Source: Thalia democratica
Taxonomy: Eukaryota
Direction of reading: 5' to 3'
Assembly: GCA_965202585.1 (NCBI GenBank)
Contig: OZ241831.1
Span: 10,292,001-10,356,000 of the forward strand
Length of the DNA stretch: 64,000 nt
Positions 1 to 22,500 of the stretch are shown here, in pieces. The position numbers were made by a program, and so were the translations under genes. The notes under the pieces are model-generated. The model searched no databases. It saw nothing but the letters and a program-made list of their open reading frames with translations, and was not told where the DNA came from. Positions within the stretch are counted from its first letter, which is position 1; the number at the start of each line of letters is the position of its first letter.

Positions 1-2974
1 GGGGCTTTTTTCTCTCGGGCGCGTCCTCGGCCTTTTTCTGGCAAACGAAGGGAAACTCCCTCGAGCAAATCTCGTCCTTCCATTTGTTCTTGTAAATTTT
101 CGACACCACCACGCAGGCGCGCATGCGTTTCTCGCGCTTCCTGGCGAACATGGACCATTTCTTGTAGCTCGCCCTGGTCAAGCGGGAGCCATCGGACCAG
201 GAAAACCTACCAGTTTTCTTGCGGTCCTTCAGTCCTATCCAGAACGCGTTCGAGGAGCTTCCGTCCGGGAACATTTTGTCAACGAGGAACGTGTTCATCT
301 GCTCGGAGTCCACTTTGGTGAGCATGGCGTTTTCACGCTCGCAAATTCTCGAGGCGTCCTCCCACGTTCTGAGCTGGTTGTGGATCCTGAAGCAGACTTC
401 GTTAAATTTCAAGTACCCGTCGGGACACACCAAGCTTTTGCTGTTTAAAGTTTCCTCCGCCATTGAAGTCGAAGCAGTGGTAGCAACTGAAGCTTGGTGA
501 AGCCCTGGCTGCTTACTCGTGCTAATATTCATGCTATCTGTTATTGGTATTGTTTGGTCAATATTAACAGTGTTTCCACCTGTAGTAACCGCATAATCAC
601 GAGTCGTGTCCTTATTGCTACGAGTAAAACTGCTTTCTGTGCTGATATCAGTTACAGCTTCTGTACTTTCGCCCCGGTAAGCAGCAGTGGTGACTTTCAA
701 CTTCTTACACTTTCTTTCCACCGCAGAGTAAACCTGACCGGCGCCGCAACTGAACACCCACATCGATTGCCCGTAGCACAAAATGTACTTCGTCGCATCA
801 TGGTGCGAAAAGTACCCAAATTTTCCCGCGCAAAACTCGTTGAGGTCGTCGCCCCTGTCTCGGCTGACGACGCGCGGAATTATTGGGTCCTGCTGGCACA
901 CGTACAAGTGCTCCTGGTCGCAATCCAAGTTTTTCCACATTCGCCCCGCGTCGTGCGAAAGAACTGCGCACCGGTTCGATTCGCTGTCGCGGGGAAAACC
1001 CTCAGACCAACCGTCGTAGCTGATTGGCTCTTTCTCGCGCCACCAGTACCCTCCGTTGGTCGCATTGTACCGAAGCGAAATGTAGTAGTGGTGCTTTTGG
1101 TAGCCGTGCCTTTGCAGGTGGACCGCCAGGTGGCGTTGTTGTCTCTTTGAAGTTATCGTTGCCAGGTGACGGCCGGAAGCAGACGCGCAATCGGCTTCCG
1201 CTTCAGCACGTGATTTCGTTCTCAGGGAAAACTTGTAGCACTTTTCACCTGTGAGGTTTACAAGCATGACTCTTTGTATGAGTTCTTTTTGATCGTTTTT
1301 TAGTTAAGCACAAGTAGTATCAACAGTGAACAATATTATTTAAGGAAACATCTATCAAAATATTATACAAGCTAAGGTCCATCTGTAGCCCCTCTAAAAT
1401 GAAAATTTTGAATAGCGCGATAAAGTTTCTTTTAGCATCGGGAATCACATAAAAAAATAACACAAAATTATAAGCAGCCTAACTTTTACCACCGTTGTGC
1501 TTTTGACATTTTTCTGAAACAAACCCTATGTAATTTCGACCTTTAAGATTTTGACTGGAAAATTTTTTTCATGTAGCAATTATCACAAAAACACACTTTA
1601 CGCGTTATAAAACGATTTGAAGAAGTTTTTATGGAGGCACTTCTTGATTTTCTCAAAAAACACTTGAAATTAACGAATATTGATAAAATATTAAGGAAAA
1701 TCAAAAACTGCCTCTATAAAACTTTCTTCGAACCGCGAGGGTTGTGTTTTTGTTTTTATTTTTCTACACGTAGAAAAATTTCAAACTAAAAGCTTGAAGG
1801 TCGGTCGAATCTAAAAGGTCCCGTACAATTTGCGTAGGGGTTGTTTTCAGAAAAATTTAAAAAAAGGCCAAGATGGTAAAAGCTGGGAAGTAAATTATTT
1901 TTGTGTTGTTTTTTATGTGATACCTCAGGCTAAAAAAAGTTCATTTGGAAGCTCGAAGGTCGAACCGACAGATGCATCCTGATACGCACCCTGCCCAAAG
2001 GATACTCTAAGTTTATGTTTGTTTTGTTTGAAAGTTTAAAGATAAACAGAATAAATCTTTTACAAGACATAAAAACAACTTTATAGTTTAAGTTTTTAAA
2101 TTGACATGAAGCTTACATTGTGCTACTTTCAATAATGATTTAATGATAAAATATTATTTATTTTTGAGTATTTCAAACAGGAGATCTTTACTTAGCTTCA
2201 TTTGTTTTAAAGTTTTTGTAAGAATAACAGTGTTTCTCAAAGTGTAAAGTTTTTGCAACAAGTATAAAAGAAATAAATTTGTAAGCCATTGGTGCAAAAT
2301 AGTAAGTAGTACGTAGTACGTACTATTGTTTACTAGTTGTTTATGGACCAAATGAAACTTGTTTTCAGAGCAGAGCCGTTACAAATGAAGCCTTTTTATA
2401 TCTAGCTGCACTATTTTTAATTTTTTTTAGTTAACCAATACTAGATTTATGAAGATAGAAGATAAAGGAGCTGCATCATTAACAACTTTTAAATTAATAA
2501 AAACTCAAACTATGGCAACGCTGCTACTTAATAACCAAAAATAACAATTATTTTTAATGTAAATTTAATACTAAAGTGTTATACTTTAGATTCTTAAAAA
2601 GTTCGTTAATTAAGTTAAAATTTTATTTTAGTTTTATATCTAACTATTGCAAGCTTTTATGTCAGAAATTTATTGACTTTTTTATCGCTTTCTACATTGT
2701 TTAAAAGAATACTTAAATTACTTCTTTAGAAAAAAGATTTTAATTTTTAGCTAGATGATAAATTTCAGTTTTATATTGTTAGTAATGCTAGATAATAAAC
2801 AAAATTTTAAACTATTTACTAAGCAACAAAATGTTTTTTATTTAATTTTAACTTACCTAAATGAAAGAAACGATCTGGACAGTACTTTTTCAAATTAATT
2901 TTTCTGCTTTTAGTACGAACTTTAGTGATAGCAACCAGCCAAATCATTGCAAGCACAAAGTAACAGTACTTCAT
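1..2974 (-). CDS. Secreted mosaic protein, 3'-truncated by the window: signal peptide + CTLD + CBM14/peritrophin-A-like + Ser/Thr-rich linker + CTLD. Exon 2974-2857, intron 2856-1249, exon 1248-<1
   Basis: Hand translation. Exon 1 gives MKYCYFVLAMIWLVAITKVRTKSRKINLKKYCPDRFFHL-G with donor GTAAGT. The acceptor CCTCACAG at 1249-1250 joins in phase 1 to give CPDRFFHLGEKCYKFS...WKNLDCDQEHLYVCQ (CTLD1). Then FCAGKFGYF...ILCYGQ...FSCGAGQVYSAVERKC (~832-707), a T/S-rich stretch, and CPDGYLKFNEVCFRI...FWIGLKD...WSDGS...WKDEICSREFPFVCQK (427-41). No stop from 1248 to 1 (~455 aa visible in total). Confidence 0.9.
1373..1982. mobile_element. ~600-bp imperfect palindromic (foldback/MITE-like) element in the lectin intron
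   Basis: Successive arm pairs: CATCTGT/ACAGATG; ATCACATAAAAAAATAACACAAAA vs TTTTGTGTTGTTTTTTATGTGAT; TTTTTCTGAAACAAACCCTA vs TAGGGGTTGTTTTCAGAAAAA; GAAGAAGTTTTTATGGAGGCA vs TGCCTCTATAAAACTTTCTTC. Centre ~1680. No ORF. Confidence 0.7.
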
Positions 2975-5900
2975 TACTTGTCTCTTGTTTTTAAGTTTTG
3001 ATAATAAAATAAAATTAAAGTTTATTTTTCTTCTAAAAACATTAACAGAATCTGTGAAATACAAACAGTTACTTAATTAATAACGTTAGCTTTTAGTTTT
3101 CAATAAGAATGATAACGTTGCTTAAGCACATAAAAAAACTAAGTTTATATTATTCATTTGGTTTGTCCTTGAACACTATACTTAACCACTATTTTTATTT
3201 TAAAAAGACATAAAGTTAATGAATAACAGATTTTGTTAGAAAAACTATAAATTGTTAAAACTAGACGGTTTACTTAAGAATAAAAAAAAGTTGTGTTGTT
3301 CTTTTACTAATTTGTAATTTAGAAACTATTAGGTTTACTTCTCAGCAATTTAAACAAACTTTAGGAGCTAACTTTTGATAAGTTAATGTAGTTATGAAGC
3401 TCATCAGTTTAAAATATTTTATTAAAATAGAATAGTTTGAAAATAATTTTAGCTTAAACTTACAACTGTATTACTAATATTCTTTTTTTCTTAAAGTAGT
3501 TTTAAAATTTTCAACTAGTTATTTTTAAAAGTTTATTAGTTGGTATCCAACTTCTATGAAGGAAATACAAACTGGAAAAATATTAGGAAGTTTAATAGAC
3601 TCTTTTTGTCTTTCTAAATTGCTGTTTTATATTTTTTCTACAAAAAGACTTATTTTCTTACCAATATTTGTTTTTCAAATAACTTTATTTTAATAAAAGA
3701 ATAACTTTTAAATTAAAACGGTTAACTCTTAAATGTGAAGTTGTTAAAACTATTTGTTTAAGTTTCAGTTAAAGTTTTTAATCTTTTAATCTATCCAAGA
3801 AGCTATTTGGCCTAAGCGGTGATAATTAGTTTTTATTTATCTGCTTAATTAGGCTATTTAAAACTGTCATCTAAATAATTTTAATGGTACTCTTTCTCAT
3901 AAAAACAACTCTTAAGATATTTTTTCAACTTATTTTTTAAACATTTACTTTTCTACAAACGTACTTTTAAAAAAAAAATTTTGTAAAAGTTAAATTGTTT
4001 TTATCTTAAGTTGTTCTTCTAACGTATTTTTTATATACTGCTATTAATCACTGAGACTTCCGTACTTAAACGTATTAAATAGTTCAAAAATTACAGAAAT
4101 ATTTACAACGTTATTGTTTTTAAAATGTAAAACCAAACTAGTCATATGAAATAAAAAATAAAAAAAATTAAATAAAAAGCTGCACTTTTTCTATTTCATA
4201 ACAAATTTTGATACGAAAAGCTGCCAGCATGACAGATTTTTCAAAAATTTTTAGTTTTTTAAAATCATAAATTAATTAATGTACTTCTTTATTAAGTTTG
4301 TTAAAAACAAATAAAGAATTTTACAATAAAGTTCATTTTAGAAAGCATAAATAGTTATAAAAAAATAGGTAGAAAAAAAAAGTATATAAAACTTATAACT
4401 TACTTTTAGAGTTTTAAGATTTTCTAAAAAAATTTAAGTCTCAAAGTTATTTTATTTTATTATTAAAACTGATCTGACTCTTTTATTAACCATCCTTTAA
4501 ACATTATATTTTATCAAGACACTCAGTTACTAACTGTTTTTTAGCACAATTAAATAATAAACAACAATCAATGTTTAAATATACTGATATTGTTAGCTTA
4601 AAAAAAGAGCTTACAATTTTTCCAAGTACATAAGTTTTATAGACTGAGTTTTCATTTCTATATAGAAAAAACACTTTCTGCTAAATGCGCTACGTAATAC
4701 ATGCTACAAAATAAACAAAATTCTTATGATGTTTTCTCGTATCATCAATTTACAAAGCAATCGGAAGTATTTTACTTTGTAATATACTTTAACGTAATAG
4801 TTCTAAATAAAAAGACTTTTGAGCTTCTTTATAAAATTTGCTGTCAGTACAAATCAAATTTACATTTTTGAATTAATTTTTAAATAAAAAGACTCTTGGT
4901 AACATATGGAAACGAATAATTTTACAGAAAATTAAAAAAAAAGATTTAGTAATTTTAACTAGTTGTATTGAAATTAGATGATAATTTATTGATATTTAAC
5001 ATAAATGTTTGATCATACCCTTTTGACCTAATATAATTTCGCTGTTTTTTCTTTTACTGATACTTAAGAAAAAAATGTCAAAATAAGTACATAAAAAAGG
5101 TGAGCGATTATTTTAAAGTAATTGAAAGGTAACTAACGATACAAACTTGCATAGTCATTTAAAATTTTTATTTTATCATACAGAAAAGTTTGTTTAAAAA
5201 TAATAGTTAGTAATAACGTAGAATAAAAGATGGAAAAAAAAATCTATCATTTTTATAAATATATTATAAATCATTTTTACTATTCTAGTGTTTAAAAAAT
5301 AAGCGAAAACATTTATTTAAATCAACTATTAAGAAGTTTGTTAACAAAACTAAACTTTCAATTGTTATATTGAATTATGGCTTCCAAACTAGGCGAGGAT
5401 TTTGACTATCAGAAGGTGAAAAAGTAAATGGGTTGTTTAGTAATAAAAGGACGATTGTTTTGAAAGTTCTGTCAAGAGGGCCATCGTGAAATTGAATATG
5501 GAAAATTCTTTATTTTATTAAGACAAAGTGTAAATATTTTCGATTACAATTAGTATGTTAGAAATTTTTGCACTGTAATTCTTCAAACTATTTTTCAAAA
5601 CTTGTTCAAAACGAAATCATTATGGAGGTTATTAATTTGTATTTACCAAAGACTGAGGAGTATTAAAAGCTTATAAAAAACTGGTGAAAACAACTTACTT
5701 GCAAAGAATAACTTTTTACTTAAATTCAGTTGTTCAATTATCAGCTCTGTTGTACTCTTCTTGGAGCAATGATAGTTAACCTTACTAAGGATATGTAAAA
5801 TAATAATAAATGTATAAAAATTCCAAACTTATAAAATAATTTAAGTACTTTTCGACTAAATTCTTTACGGCGCTAGGTTGTAGAAAATACTAAAACGAAT

Positions 5901-6555
5901 TAAAACAATTCTTTATGGCAACTGCAAAAGTTTTCCACTTACATAAAAGTTATCACTTCATAAATACTGAAGCCTGAGTGTGGAATTTTGAATTAAAATA
6001 AACAAGTGTTCAGAATAATTTTTTTTTAATTCTTGTATTCCTTTTGGCGAGTAAAATAACTAATAAAAAAATGTTTGAAACTAAACCTTAAAGAATCTAT
6101 ATTTTTAATAAAATTAATCTTGAGTAAAAACTTATTTTAGTCAGTTACACAATTGTATATAGTTTTTAACACAACTAGATTCTGTAAATAGTTTAAAAGG
6201 TGCAACAGACTAAACAAGTACTTATTGTTTTTAGTTACCAAAGACGTAAAGTTTTACAATAAATTTTAGCAAATAATCGAAAAAAATAGTTAAGTGTATG
6301 TAGCTACAAATACCTAGGTTTGAAATATTTAAAGAAAATATAAATAAATATAGCTGTAAATGTAAGTTTTAATTTTACCATAAACAAATAATAAAATTAG
6401 TCTTAAGTTTAAATTAAAAGTGAAAAGATACGCTTCATTTTAGTTTACAAAATTGATTTTTTAATATTTGTCCCTGCTCACTGGTAGAAAATTGGCTTTA
6501 CTATTTTTTGAAGACTGAATGTCACAAATAAAACTTCTATATATTCAGTAACTCC

Positions 6556-6572
6556 GCACGTGCAAGTCAGTT
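6556..6572 (+). promoter_or_regulatory. Putative core promoter of eEF2 copy 1: E-box (GCACGTGC) + Inr-like TCAGTT
   Basis: GCACGTGC 6556-6563 and TCAGTT 6567-6572, about 55 nt upstream of the ATG, followed by an A/C-rich leader. Identical in copy 2. Confidence 0.5.
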
Positions 6573-6624
6573 CCAATAAAGAAACTAAGAAGACAACAAC
6601 TAAAACAAATACCAAACAACAAAT

Positions 6625-17088
<10,464 letters not shown>

Positions 17089-17158
17089 AGTGGATTTTCT
17101 AGTACATTTAGGCAATTTTTTTTTTACGTCTTGCAATATTTTTAGTTTTAGGCTTTGC

Positions 17159-17168
17159 AATAAATAAA
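17159..17168 (+). terminator. Putative polyadenylation signal(s), eEF2 copy 1
   Basis: Overlapping AATAAA hexamers ~70 nt after the stop, T-rich tract downstream. Copy 2 equivalent at 27085-27090 (-). Confidence 0.5.
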
Positions 17169-19294
17169 ATTTTGAACCTGCCCTAATTGAATCGTTCAGT
17201 TATTTTTTTTTGTACCATGAAAAAGTATATTTTATTATACTTTCGAAATTAATTTGATCTTAAAAATCTTTGTAAAATGAGTTTTATACAAAGACAAAAC
17301 AGTTTTATTCTTTGCTTTCGAATTGTTTTTATTTACGGTCGTCAGCTAAGTTTAATTGATTTTAATAAGAATGGTTTGAATTTATAATTTTGTTAATTTT
17401 ACCAAATTTTCTTCATAGATAGATAGGTTTTTTATGTTTTTTTATCTACTGTGCAAGTACTGATCTTTGCATAAGTTATAAAAAACTTAAATTTAAATAA
17501 AAAAAATATCTTTCTCGTTTTCAGTTAAAAGTCCAGCAAAAAATAGATTTTTCTTTTTTCAAAATGTTATAATTAAGTAAAAGTAAAAAAAAAACTATAC
17601 TTAAATTAGTTTTTAAACGGATCTTAATTCTTCAACTCGTCTCTTTATATACAAGCAAAAAGATTTACTTAAACAAATTATGTTTAACTGAGTTGAATAT
17701 TTGATTTTATTACTAAAAATTTTAGTTTAAACTTTGTTTAGCTGTTGTGGAAAAATTTTATTTATAGTAAATTTGGAATTACAAAATACATTACATGCTA
17801 CTAAAAAAAAGTTTAAATTTTAGTTTTCTCTCCTTTAAATAATAAGAGACCCTTTAGTGTTCTTTTTAGTTATTTAGTTTCTCACCTGCTTTAGACTTTT
17901 ATTGTACAAAAGTAATTATTTCAATTGTTAAGTAATCATTTACAGATGGCATTTAAAAAAATTTTCAATTGTGATTTTTCGTATAATGTAAATTTGTACC
18001 AAACAGTTTTTATAAAATTAGTTTTTTATGATTTAAATTCGTCTACGAAAATTTTAGTAATACAAGCAAGGAACAGCTGCAGTAGTAAGCTTTTGGAATT
18101 TTCATTAGTAATATTACTTAAAAGAGGCAAAAGTACCGCGGTACATTGATAACATTTCAACAACTATAACCTAAATGCATTTTAATTTAAATTTTAAACC
18201 TAAACTTTGCTCCTGATCACATATTTACACAAACAAAAAAAAAACGTCTTTTTATAATTTAATCTCAAAAAAAAGTCGATTTTAAGTCAAACAGAAGGGC
18301 CTTGGTTTTGCAGAAAAGCAATTTTAGTACAAACATAAAAGTTTATTGTTAGATACAAACCTTTTGAATCAATTTCATGTATTTTTCTGTTTAATTCCCA
18401 TTTGTAAATCAAGGTCGTTTTTTTATATGTTTAAATTTTTACTCAGCTAAACAGAATAAACCAGCTTATACTTAATCTTTGTTTAAAACAAAATATAAGT
18501 TGATAATTATGTAATTTTTAAATATACTTATGGCAAAATTAAAACCTCATTTTCAATTTACTGGTTATTAATGTACTACAAAACTATCTTTGATTTATTT
18601 ATGAAAATTACACAAAAACATTCTTTTAATAGTTTACTAAAATTCAGTAGTTGCAGACATAAAGTAGAAACAATTATAAGAACAAAACACATCTTATAAG
18701 ACTATGGTTAGTGGTAACAAATACCTAATAAAAATATTAATTAAAACATAAGGAAAAAGGTTACCGACCGAGGGCTAGGGGTTACAGTGAAAGTAAAAAT
18801 ATTAAAATTATTTTTACTAAGTTTTCAATCCGTGCTAAAGTGTATTTGTGCAAAAGTGTCCCTTCGTGCATATTTGATACTTGCCCATTTTTAGTAAACC
18901 AATGAATCATGTAAATTTGACTAATTATTTTAGCTTAAAAGAATCGTTCTAAAGTTACAGATAATAAATAACGATTTATAATGGTGTCAAACTACAAGTA
19001 CTAACTACTCTTTTTTTTAATAAATTTTAAATGTTTTTAAAGAAAATTAAAAAACTTTAGTTTTTGTCTATTTCTATTTAAATTATTTTTCAAAGGAATT
19101 TTATAATACTTTTAAGTTGTCTTATTTGTATACTATCTTTTCTTGTACGTTTTTATTTTGAATACTCATGTTATAAGTAAGCTTCAATTTATTGTAATCA
19201 AATTAACAAAAAGGTGTGATTTTAAATTTGTTCACAGTTTTATCAACTTTTTTGTGAGTTTTCATGCTGATTTTCTGCTTAAGTAGTTGTAGAC

Positions 19295-19537
19295 CAGGGT
19301 TTCCCAAACTTTTTTGCAAATGGCCATCTTTAAAGAAATTAAAAAAGCCATGGCCCCCTTCAACAAGGTTACTCAAAAACTACCATTAAAAGCACCTAGG
19401 ACATTTTATTTTGCTCTTCATCTTAAGCTCGAAAATATCTAATGTAAGTTTCTTCATTATGACTTCATGCCCCCCTCTTAACCCCTTGCTACTCGTGCCT
19501 ACTAAGTATCTGCCATGGCCCACTTTCGGAAACCCTG
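19295..19537. mobile_element. Non-autonomous hAT (Buster/Charlie-like) MITE, 243 bp
   Basis: TIRs CAGGGTTTCCCAAA / TTTCGGAAACCCTG; perfect 8-bp TSD TTGTAGAC (central TA) at 19287-19294 and 19538-19545. Confidence 0.85.
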
Positions 19538-22500
19538 TTGTAGACTAATGTATAAAACTTGACTGATAGCAAGCACTAAAACTGAAGATGAAAATAAAAT
19601 GGAAACTACTTAGATTTGACCACACGTACTTTTTGAAAACGGTTTGATCAAAAATATGAGTTAAATAAATAAGCTTGTAAATATACATTTACACAATTAA
19701 GACCATCAATTAACACTTAAATGTTTATAAATAGTTTTGAGTTATTATTGAATAATATTTTTGTTTGTGGTTGTTTACTACAGTAAGTAGAGTTGTATTT
19801 TTCAAAGGTTACTGCACACTTAAATAATTTCTACCATTAACTTAATTAAATACTTCATTCTGTGGCGACACTTTCTCGTTAGTTGAGGTTGAAAAATTCT
19901 TAAAACCAACTTATGGATTCTTTAAAACCTAACGCAATCTTGAGAAATTAATAAAATCTACTTATACTTTAAGAGTTAATTAGTCGATAAAGAGTCACAA
20001 CATAGTTAGACATCCTTTGTTCAGTCAGTTAAACTTTAAATTTAGAAAGCAAATTTCTTTGTATTTCTCTAATTATACTTTCCTTTGAAAAACACGTTTA
20101 AATCGTTATATAAAATTGATTGCAGCATTAATCAATCTTCATGTAACATATCTTTGAAATATCAACAACAAAATATATTCTGTACGAGTTGCAGTTATTG
20201 ATAAACTTTTATCTGATTCTACTTACACTTTTCTGTTGTACACCGGTAGTATGTGTATAAAACAATAGTTAATTTTAAATCGGTTTAGACATGTTCTAAA
20301 AGCGTAATATAGTTCAAAAATCTTCTAAGATTAATTTACAATTCATTTATAATAAAACCGAAGTTGCAGTATAGCCCCACTGTATGGAAAACCACTATTT
20401 GTATACTAGCAAACCAAAATATCTATACTGTGCAATCGCTGTCGAATGCAACATCGTTTTCACATAAGGGTGTGATGATTTTACAACTGTCAAGACAATT
20501 CAGCTGCAAAAATTAAAAATTGCAAAACTTTCTTTTAGAATATTACTAAAAAATCTAAAACAGTATTTGAAGTTTAGAAACTATTTTGTGTAGTTATACA
20601 TAAATAAGAAGAATATACGTTATTTGAACTTGAAATATCTTTGCTTTTTTAATATTTACCTGATTTTTTATTATGTATAAAACACTTTACTATCTTAGTA
20701 GTCAGCTGAGGAGGTCAATTTTTTTTCACTGCAACCGGTCATAAACAATTTGATAATTTTTTAATGTAGGTATCCAACATTAATGTTTTTCAAATTAGTA
20801 CTGACCTACTTGTAAAACAAAAAATACTGAAAGGCATTCAAAGAAGGCTTTCAAACTTTAGTTTAAACGTAACTTTATAATAAAATACTTACTACTCATA
20901 ATGCTGTTTATTGAACTCTCAAATTAAAAAAAATGCTCAATATTTTTGGTCCAAGGACCTGGTATACAAAAATATCTTTCGGTTACCGAGTCATACACCA
21001 GAACAGTTTAACGTCATACCCAGGATTAAGTAATAATAGTTTAAAACAAAACTGTAAAGCAGCATTAGCATACAAATTGAGAGATATTTATTTTAAACTT
21101 TAATGATAGGTTGAAAACTTTTAATTAAAATACAAACAAAACTTTTATACTCTTAATTTAGATTTGGCTGAGTGAAATGTAATCTAAACCTGATAAAATT
21201 AAGATAAAACATTATTACACGAATCAAAATCAAAATTCTTTTACAAAGTTCCAATTCTTTTATCATTGTAAATTAAAACTAAGGTTGTTTAAGGCAACTA
21301 TGGATATATGATTTAGTTAAAACGCTTAAAGAAATTAATTTGAATATTTTAAAATCGTCAACTGTATTAATAAACACAAACTTTTAAAAGAGTTAAAACT
21401 TTTAATTGTAAAAAATTATAAATGTAAACTACAAGAATGATTATAAAGTAAATAAACAAAAGTATGTATAATGTGAATTTTTAGGCTAGTTCGCATTAAT
21501 TCAAGATTAAAAACTCTTTAATTTGTTTTATGTAAGAAAGTATGTGATCTAAAAACAAAGTTTAGTTTATTTGTATAAACTAGTATCAAAGCTTTGTTTT
21601 TTATTCGTATAATATTAACTTCCATTCTTTTCTTTTCTATATAAAACTATTTTCACTTGTGATTAGATCAATACTAGTAAAATTGTAATTTCTTAACTGT
21701 TTTAAAGCTCATAATAGTAGACATCAATTAAAAATATAAACAACTCAATAACTTTATAAGAAGTTTAAAGCACAAAAGACTAAGGCGTTAGTAAAACTTA
21801 ATGAAAGGATAAGATACAAAGGCTAAAATATCAGTAATAATTAATTAAATGACTTGAATGACTGAATTGTAAGCTTTTGTAGTTAATGGAGATTTAGTAG
21901 TAGTCGTGGAAGTTTAAAGAGGTTGATACTGAGGCTGTTTTTTCCTGTTAGTTTCTTATAGTAGCTAGTTTGATACAAAAAACATAAATCTTTCTTTTCA
22001 CTTTTGGAATTTTACAGTTTATTGTCAACCGAACTAAAACGATTGCTGATTTAGAGACTGTTAAGTAAAACTACATTAAAAAAACAAAACCTCAACTATA
22101 TTTCTACGCAATAAACACAACAAAATAATACATAAGACCAACAACATAACAAAAGGTAATATATTTAACATATTTAAAATTAAATATTAAGTAGTAATTT
22201 ACTTTATCCGCGCTGTTTTCTCAAAATATAAGAGTTTTTTTTAAATACCAAATGTTATATAACTTTCCACTTCTTACTAACTAAGTTTATATTTTATAAA
22301 CTCCTATAAAGCTCCTATAAACTATAAACTATAAAGCTCCTAGAATAAATACACAATGTTAAAATTCAATGTAAGATAGTGTAAATCAGTGCTTATCAAA
22401 TGTACCCCTATGTACAGTAGTGTACATTAGAATAACAATAACTAGCTCAAAAGGTATAATGAGTAGTATAAACATTTCGTTACTGAATTCAACCTGAAAG

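Noticed and set aside
1-1248. High GC/CpG of the lectin exon as a sign of horizontal transfer
   Set aside because: eEF2 exons are also much GC-richer than introns, and the gene has a normal spliceosomal intron and metazoan-type domains.
219-1254. ORF-track entries 219-500, 494-1150 (218 aa), 783-1019, 1024-1254 (+) and 880-1065, 1002-1190 (-)
   Set aside because: Antisense or out-of-frame shadows of the GC-rich lectin exon; no recognisable domains.
5377-5427. Tiny ORF MASKLGEDFDYQKVKK in a GC-richer patch upstream of copy 1
   Set aside because: In the mirror arm the ATG is AGG and there is a deletion; no evidence of coding constraint.
22100-22165. A/C-rich stretch ending AAAG|GTAAT near the palindrome centre, resembling a leader exon
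   Set aside because: No start codon, promoter motif or downstream exon found; low-complexity similarity only.
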